A DNA stretch of 57,490 nucleotides, from positions 1 through 57,490 of IMG/VR virus record IMGVR_UViG_3300010376_000038, one strand, 5' to 3'. The position numbers were made by a program, and so were the translations under genes. Under the pieces are notes generated by a model, which was not told the DNA's origin, did no database searches, and worked only from the letters and a program-made list of their open reading frames with translations. Below, in pieces: positions 53,327 to 57,490 of this stretch. The DNA comes from a virus (lineage: Duplodnaviria; Caudoviricetes). Within the stretch, counting starts at the first letter, position 1, and each line of letters starts with the position of its first letter.

Positions 53327-54973
53327 ATGACATACGTGGACGACCCCGCCCTAGGTGATGACGACCTCCTCGATGACGGGGAGGGCCTGTCAGACGACCT
53401 GGAGCAGTACGCGCCCCCGGTGCTGGATCCGGGCCAGCAGGGGTTTGTGGACAGACTTGTGGATAAGGTGTGGGACTTTACGGTGATCTTCTCCGGCGTG
53501 GAGATGTTCCCGTACCAAGCCGCCCTGGGCCGGAGGATCATCGAGTCGGTGATCGCGGGTGACGGGGCCACCATCACCGGGGAGTTGTCCCGTCAGAGTG
53601 GGAAGACTGAGGTCGTCGCCAACGTGGCCGCGTCCCTGATGATCCTCCTGCCCCGGCTGGCTGAGATGTTCCCGGAGTTTGAGCCGTTGCAGAAGTTCGC
53701 CAAGGGCGTGATGATCGGATGCTTCGCTCCAGTTGAGCAACAGGTGGAGACTCTGTTCGGTCGGGTGGTCGACCGGCTGACGTCTGAACGTGCCCTGGAG
53801 ATGCTGGAGGATCCGGAGATCGATGATCAGGTGAGGCCCGGATCGCGCAAGGTCAGGCTCAAGAAGTGCCAGAGCTTCTGTGCCATGCAGACGGCCAACC
53901 CGCGAGCCAAGATCGAGAGTAAGTCCTACCACGTCATCTTCGTGGACGAGTCCCAGAGCGTGGACGAGTACGTCCTGAACAAGTCCATCACCCCCATGGG
54001 GGCCTTTTACCTCGCAACCATGGTCATGACGGGCACCCCGGACATCATAAAAGGGGTGTTCTACAAGACCATCCAGCACAATCGCCGCCAGGAGCTACGG
54101 CGCGGAGGCAAGAAAAATCACTTCCGTTTCGACTGGCATTATTGCGCCAAGTTTAACCGTAACTATGCTGCCTACATCCGGGGTGAGGCCCAGCGGATCG
54201 GGGAGGACAGCGATGAGTTCCGACTCAACTACCGGCTGGAGTGGCTGCTGGAGCGCGGGATGCTCATCACCGAGACCCGTATGGACGAACTTGGTGACCC
54301 CACCATGCCCATCGTCCCTGCCTACTGGCGCTCTCCTCTGGTGGCTGGGATTGATTTCGCCAGGCGAATGGACTCCACAGTTGTCACGGTCGTTTGGGTT
54401 GACTGGGATCGTCCGGACGAACTCGGCCTCTACGATCACCGGATCCTGAACTGGCTGGAGATGCACGGGGAGGAGTGGGAAGACCAGTACTTCCGCATCG
54501 TGGACTTCTTCTCCAACTACTCCATCGTGGCCTGCGGGGTGGATGCCCAGGGCGTGGGGGACGTGGCCGCTGACCGGATGAAGCGGCTCCTGCCCAAGAT
54601 CCAGTGGGAGCCGCTGTCCTCCCAGATCCAGGATCAGTCGGCCCGGTGGAAGCATCTTCAGCAGCTACTGCAACGGGGGTTGATGTCCTGGCCCGCTGCC
54701 CCCAGGGCCAAGAAGACGAAGGTGTGGCGCAGGTTCAGGCAGCAGATGGTCGACGTCGAGAAGAGCTACAAGGGTGCTCACCTCGTGGTGGCCGCTCCCA
54801 ATGAAGCGGGTGTCCATGACGATTACGTCGACAGCCTGTCCTGCGCCACGATCATGAGCCAGGTGATGATGGTCCCTGAGGTGGAGATCCAGGCTACGCC
54901 CTGGGCGGCTGGGGCCACTAGAGCGAGGACACCACGTTCAAGGCAGCGCCGACGCCTTCGTTCAGCTTCGTAG
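53327..54973 (+). CDS. terL: Terminase large subunit
   Basis: SRQSGKT, IFVDESQ, TGTP, GIDFAR..DST, HDDYVDS; TAGCCT 7 nt before ATG 53327. Confidence 0.93.
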   Translation: MTYVDDPALGDDDLLDDGEGLSDDLEQYAPPVLDPGQQGFVDRLVDKVWDFTVIFSGVEMFPYQAALGRRIIESVIAGDGATITGELSRQSGKTEVVANVAASLMILLPRLAEMFPEFEPLQKFAKGVMIGCFAPVEQQVETLFGRVVDRLTSERALEMLEDPEIDDQVRPGSRKVRLKKCQSFCAMQTANPRAKIESKSYHVIFVDESQSVDEYVLNKSITPMGAFYLATMVMTGTPDIIKGVFYKTIQHNRRQELRRGGKKNHFRFDWHYCAKFNRNYAAYIRGEAQRIGEDSDEFRLNYRLEWLLERGMLITETRMDELGDPTMPIVPAYWRSPLVAGIDFARRMDSTVVTVVWVDWDRPDELGLYDHRILNWLEMHGEEWEDQYFRIVDFFSNYSIVACGVDAQGVGDVAADRMKRLLPKIQWEPLSSQIQDQSARWKHLQQLLQRGLMSWPAAPRAKKTKVWRRFRQQMVDVEKSYKGAHLVVAAPNEAGVHDDYVDSLSCATIMSQVMMVPEVEIQATPWAAGATRARTPRSRQRRRLRSAS

Positions 54974-55160
54974 CCCCCTGGGCCAGCCCCGGCTCAGCTT
55001 CGGACTCGTCCCGCGCCAGGGCTGACTGGGCCTGAAGCTGGGAGCCGTACGGGGTGGACATCAGGTTGGCATGGTCGCTCCCGGTGGCCCGCTGCATCGA
55101 GGTCTGGTGTGCCCAGGCATCACTCACGCTTCCAGGGTACTGGGTGGTCAGGGGGGCCAT
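54918..55160 (-). CDS. Hypothetical protein
   Basis: 80-aa ORF filling the gap after terL. Confidence 0.45.
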   Translation of the reverse strand: MAPLTTQYPGSVSDAWAHQTSMQRATGSDHANLMSTPYGSQLQAQSALARDESEAEPGLAQGATKLNEGVGAALNVVSSL

Positions 55161-55193
55161 GGGTGCCGTAACTAGCCTGGGCTACAACCCGAC

Positions 55194-55610
55194 ATGGGAG
55201 GAACAGTCATGTCTCTTGGCCCTGAGCCACAGTTCCCGGAGCGGGGACGGTATGCGTACGACGAAACCATGGCCCCCAACCGGCCCGGTGGCCGTGGGCC
55301 TCTGCGCTTTGAGGAGGGCCTGGGTACTGACACCGACATCCCCAGTGACTTCCAGCGCGGCATGACCGAGTTCATGGTGTCGGCTCCAGGGCGGATCAAC
55401 CACGTCGATCCGAACACCCAGTTCAAGTTCCCGGAGGAGACGATGCAGGAGCGCGCCCACGTTGGCTCGGCTGCCTGGATCGACGCTCCGACCATGCTGG
55501 GTGAGTTCGCTCACGGGAGCTTCACCGACCAGGCAGAGGTGCGCTACGAGGAGGTCATCAGGAACGGGCGCATCCAGAAGCGTCGTGCCCCTGAAGTCAT
55601 CACCGACTGA
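55194..55610 (+). CDS. Conserved head-module protein
   Basis: RGPLRFEEGLGTDTDIP.DF, ERAHVGSAAW; lies between terminase and portal. Confidence 0.78.
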   Translation: MGGTVMSLGPEPQFPERGRYAYDETMAPNRPGGRGPLRFEEGLGTDTDIPSDFQRGMTEFMVSAPGRINHVDPNTQFKFPEETMQERAHVGSAAWIDAPTMLGEFAHGSFTDQAEVRYEEVIRNGRIQKRRAPEVITD

Positions 55611-55618
55611 CCCCGGTA

Positions 55619-56707
55619 ATGGCAGCCATCCTCACCCCGCGCCAGCAGAGCGCCATCGAGGGCGCTAAGGCGGTAGGTGCTGAGGCGGGGGGTAGCCCCA
55701 GGACTCGGGGCCAACAGCAGACGATGCAACGGCATCGCCAGGCGTTCTTCTCCGATCCCATCCCCAAGACGCCCGCTGGCTCCCGGAGCACGGTGGGCTT
55801 CTCGGCCATGTTCCCCAAGCTGGACTTGTCCAACCCCCGGCAGTTCCAGCAGGGGGTCATGAACGTCGTCAACCTCCATGACGTGGTTCATCGCGCCGCC
55901 CAGGAGCACAAGGACGTGAGGGAGATCTACGACCGGGGCACGCACTGGTACGACATCGTCCACGAGGCCACCCAGAAGAGCATGCGGGGCAAGCCAGGCA
56001 CCCAGCAGAGCCGCCTGGAGCGCGGGGCTGGCATGGTGGCGGCGGTCAGCGCCGGTCTGGACTGGAAGACCAAGAACATCCACGCTGTCCAGGAGCTACA
56101 CAGCATGCGTCCGGAGGACTGGGACGTGGTTCACCGGCACCTACGGGGTGAGGCGTCGCGGTCCCAGGTCATCCACACACTCCATGCCTCCTCCCAGCGG
56201 GCCGATCTGGGGCCGTCTGCCATGACCCAGGTGACGTCGGAGAACCTGGCACGGGCGCACTCGATCCTGACCGGAGAGAAGCACCCCCTGGAGGTGTTCA
56301 ACCCCAAGACGGCACCCAAGGAGTACCACTTCTGGCACAACATCATGCACCCCCAGACCCAGACCGGCACCACCGGGGACTTCCGGGCGCATGACATAGC
56401 GGCGGGTGAGCGCTGGCCCTCCGACTACACGGGCCGGGGCATCAGTAGCTCCCAGGCTGCCACCGGCAGAGAGACCCGCTACGAGCAGCTTGGGCACATC
56501 TACGAGCAGGCCGGTGAGGCCCGCGACATCCCGCTCTCACACCAGATGCAGGGCGTCACCTGGGAGGGCGGGAAGTGGATCGAGCGGGCTGGCCTTCAGA
56601 AGGGTGACATCCGGATCGGCCAGCCCTACACCGCCGCCCAGCCAGGCACCAGGGGACGTATCCATGTGCCCCACTTCACTCGTCAAGGTCGTCAGTGGAA
56701 TGGATGA
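55619..56707 (+). CDS. DUF7178-like protein (helix-hairpin-helix glycosylase-like fold)
   Basis: WY, AGMVAAVS...W..N, PK...F..NI, D..A, QGVTW. Confidence 0.62.
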   Translation: MAAILTPRQQSAIEGAKAVGAEAGGSPRTRGQQQTMQRHRQAFFSDPIPKTPAGSRSTVGFSAMFPKLDLSNPRQFQQGVMNVVNLHDVVHRAAQEHKDVREIYDRGTHWYDIVHEATQKSMRGKPGTQQSRLERGAGMVAAVSAGLDWKTKNIHAVQELHSMRPEDWDVVHRHLRGEASRSQVIHTLHASSQRADLGPSAMTQVTSENLARAHSILTGEKHPLEVFNPKTAPKEYHFWHNIMHPQTQTGTTGDFRAHDIAAGERWPSDYTGRGISSSQAATGRETRYEQLGHIYEQAGEARDIPLSHQMQGVTWEGGKWIERAGLQKGDIRIGQPYTAAQPGTRGRIHVPHFTRQGRQWNG

Positions 56708-56894
56708 AGCCCTGCTCGTCAGCCAGGGCGAGGAACTCGTCCCAGACCTGCTCCCCGTACTTGATGGTGCGGCCTACGACCCTGGGGTCGTTGGTGGACG
56801 AGTGCCAGCGGGCGAAGAAGTCCAGGAGCCTCTCAAAGGTCTCCGCAGGGACGATGACCGGCTGGTTTTCGGGTTGGTTGTCGGTGGTAGCCAT
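56676..56894 (-). CDS. Hypothetical protein
   Basis: TACACT 7 nt upstream of ATG. Confidence 0.62.
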   Translation of the reverse strand: MATTDNQPENQPVIVPAETFERLLDFFARWHSSTNDPRVVGRTIKYGEQVWDEFLALADEQGFIHSTDDLDE

Positions 56895-56965
56895 GGCTAT
56901 CAGTGTATCGAAAAATGGTCAGGGTTTCTGAGCAGGTCCGACCGGGATTTTTTGTAGGAGGCAAC

Positions 56966-57178
56966 GTGGCTGAGGTACATGACTACAAGACCCATGGCGT
57001 GAACGTCGAGTACATCTCGCTGGAGGATCTGATGAACGACCGGCGTGAGCCGCACGCCAACCCGTTGTCGTCCTCACCCAGGCGGGAGGAGGCCCGCGCC
57101 TCAGGACCGAGTGCTCTGGGTGGCCTGGTAGAGCAGATCTATCGGGGCAGCCCCACGCATCGAGCGGGCGATGAGTGA
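56966..57178 (+). CDS. Hypothetical protein
   Basis: AGGAGG RBS before GTG. Confidence 0.62.
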   Translation: MAEVHDYKTHGVNVEYISLEDLMNDRREPHANPLSSSPRREEARASGPSALGGLVEQIYRGSPTHRAGDE

Positions 57179-57395
57179 CGTCGAGGTCATCCCTCTCGTA
57201 GTGGCCCCCCCGGTCATCCTGGCGTCAGCGACCCCGATCTCCCGGCTGCACCCGCTGCATGCAGCGCGGGCCACCGGGTCTGACACCAAGCGTCTGCTCA
57301 AGCAGCAGGGTGATGCCCAGTTGCGCCAGCAGCAACGTCGCCATCTGCCCATGACCCAACAGGACTTCAACCAGAGAGCACAGCAGCGGTCATAA
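57171..57395 (+). CDS. Hypothetical protein
   Basis: Coupled between the previous gene and the portal. Confidence 0.6.
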   Translation: MSDVEVIPLVVAPPVILASATPISRLHPLHAARATGSDTKRLLKQQGDAQLRQQQRRHLPMTQQDFNQRAQQRS

Positions 57396-57490
57396 ATGTC
57401 CATCCAGTTCCAGTCCCCCAGCTATCGAGCGGCATCTTCGGATCTGACCATCCAGATCAGCCCGCTCGGGCTGGTGGAGCTTGCCGACGA
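57396..57490 (+). CDS. Probable portal protein, N-terminus only
   Basis: MSIQFQSPSYRAASSDLTIQISPLGLVELAD; recalled as the start of portals in large actinobacterial myoviruses, and position after terL fits. Confidence 0.65.
   Translation, partial: MSIQFQSPSYRAASSDLTIQISPLGLVELAD

Overview
High-GC phage DNA, most consistent with a large lytic myovirus of Actinobacteria (two WhiB genes, an Rpf-type muralytic enzyme, actinobacterial-type SOS boxes, many leaderless promoters). No integrase, tRNA, rRNA or CRISPR array was seen. Layout: (1) 1-11 kb, a divergent early-type module (ArdC, PAPS-reductase-like protein, HARP-like protein, SNF2 ATPase, many small ORFs) whose promoters share a recurrent DNA motif; (2) about 11.0-11.66 kb, a non-coding spacer with five phased LexA-type boxes; (3) 11.7-25 kb, accessory genes (two paralogues with an HWRNQW motif, a TopoVI-A-like Toprim protein, LysM-Rpf, a ParB-like protein, a ubiquitin-like GG protein with a partner and a vWA protein); (4) 25.4-36.3 kb, minus-strand baseplate, tail and virion genes; (5) 36.4-52.9 kb, minus-strand recombination and replication genes (RuvC, Cas4-like, WhiB, resolvase, RecA, Pol A, SSB, SNF2, primase, a DnaB broken by one in-frame TAG, DnaC-like loader, WhiB, putative initiator); (6) a palindromic intergenic region, then terminase large subunit and the start of the portal. 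The best candidates for undescribed biology are the phage ubiquitin-like/partner/vWA cluster, the phased SOS-box array, the shared early-promoter motif with three identical 12-nt gene starts, and the amber-split DnaB. All protein calls come from motif recognition by eye; no database searches were run.
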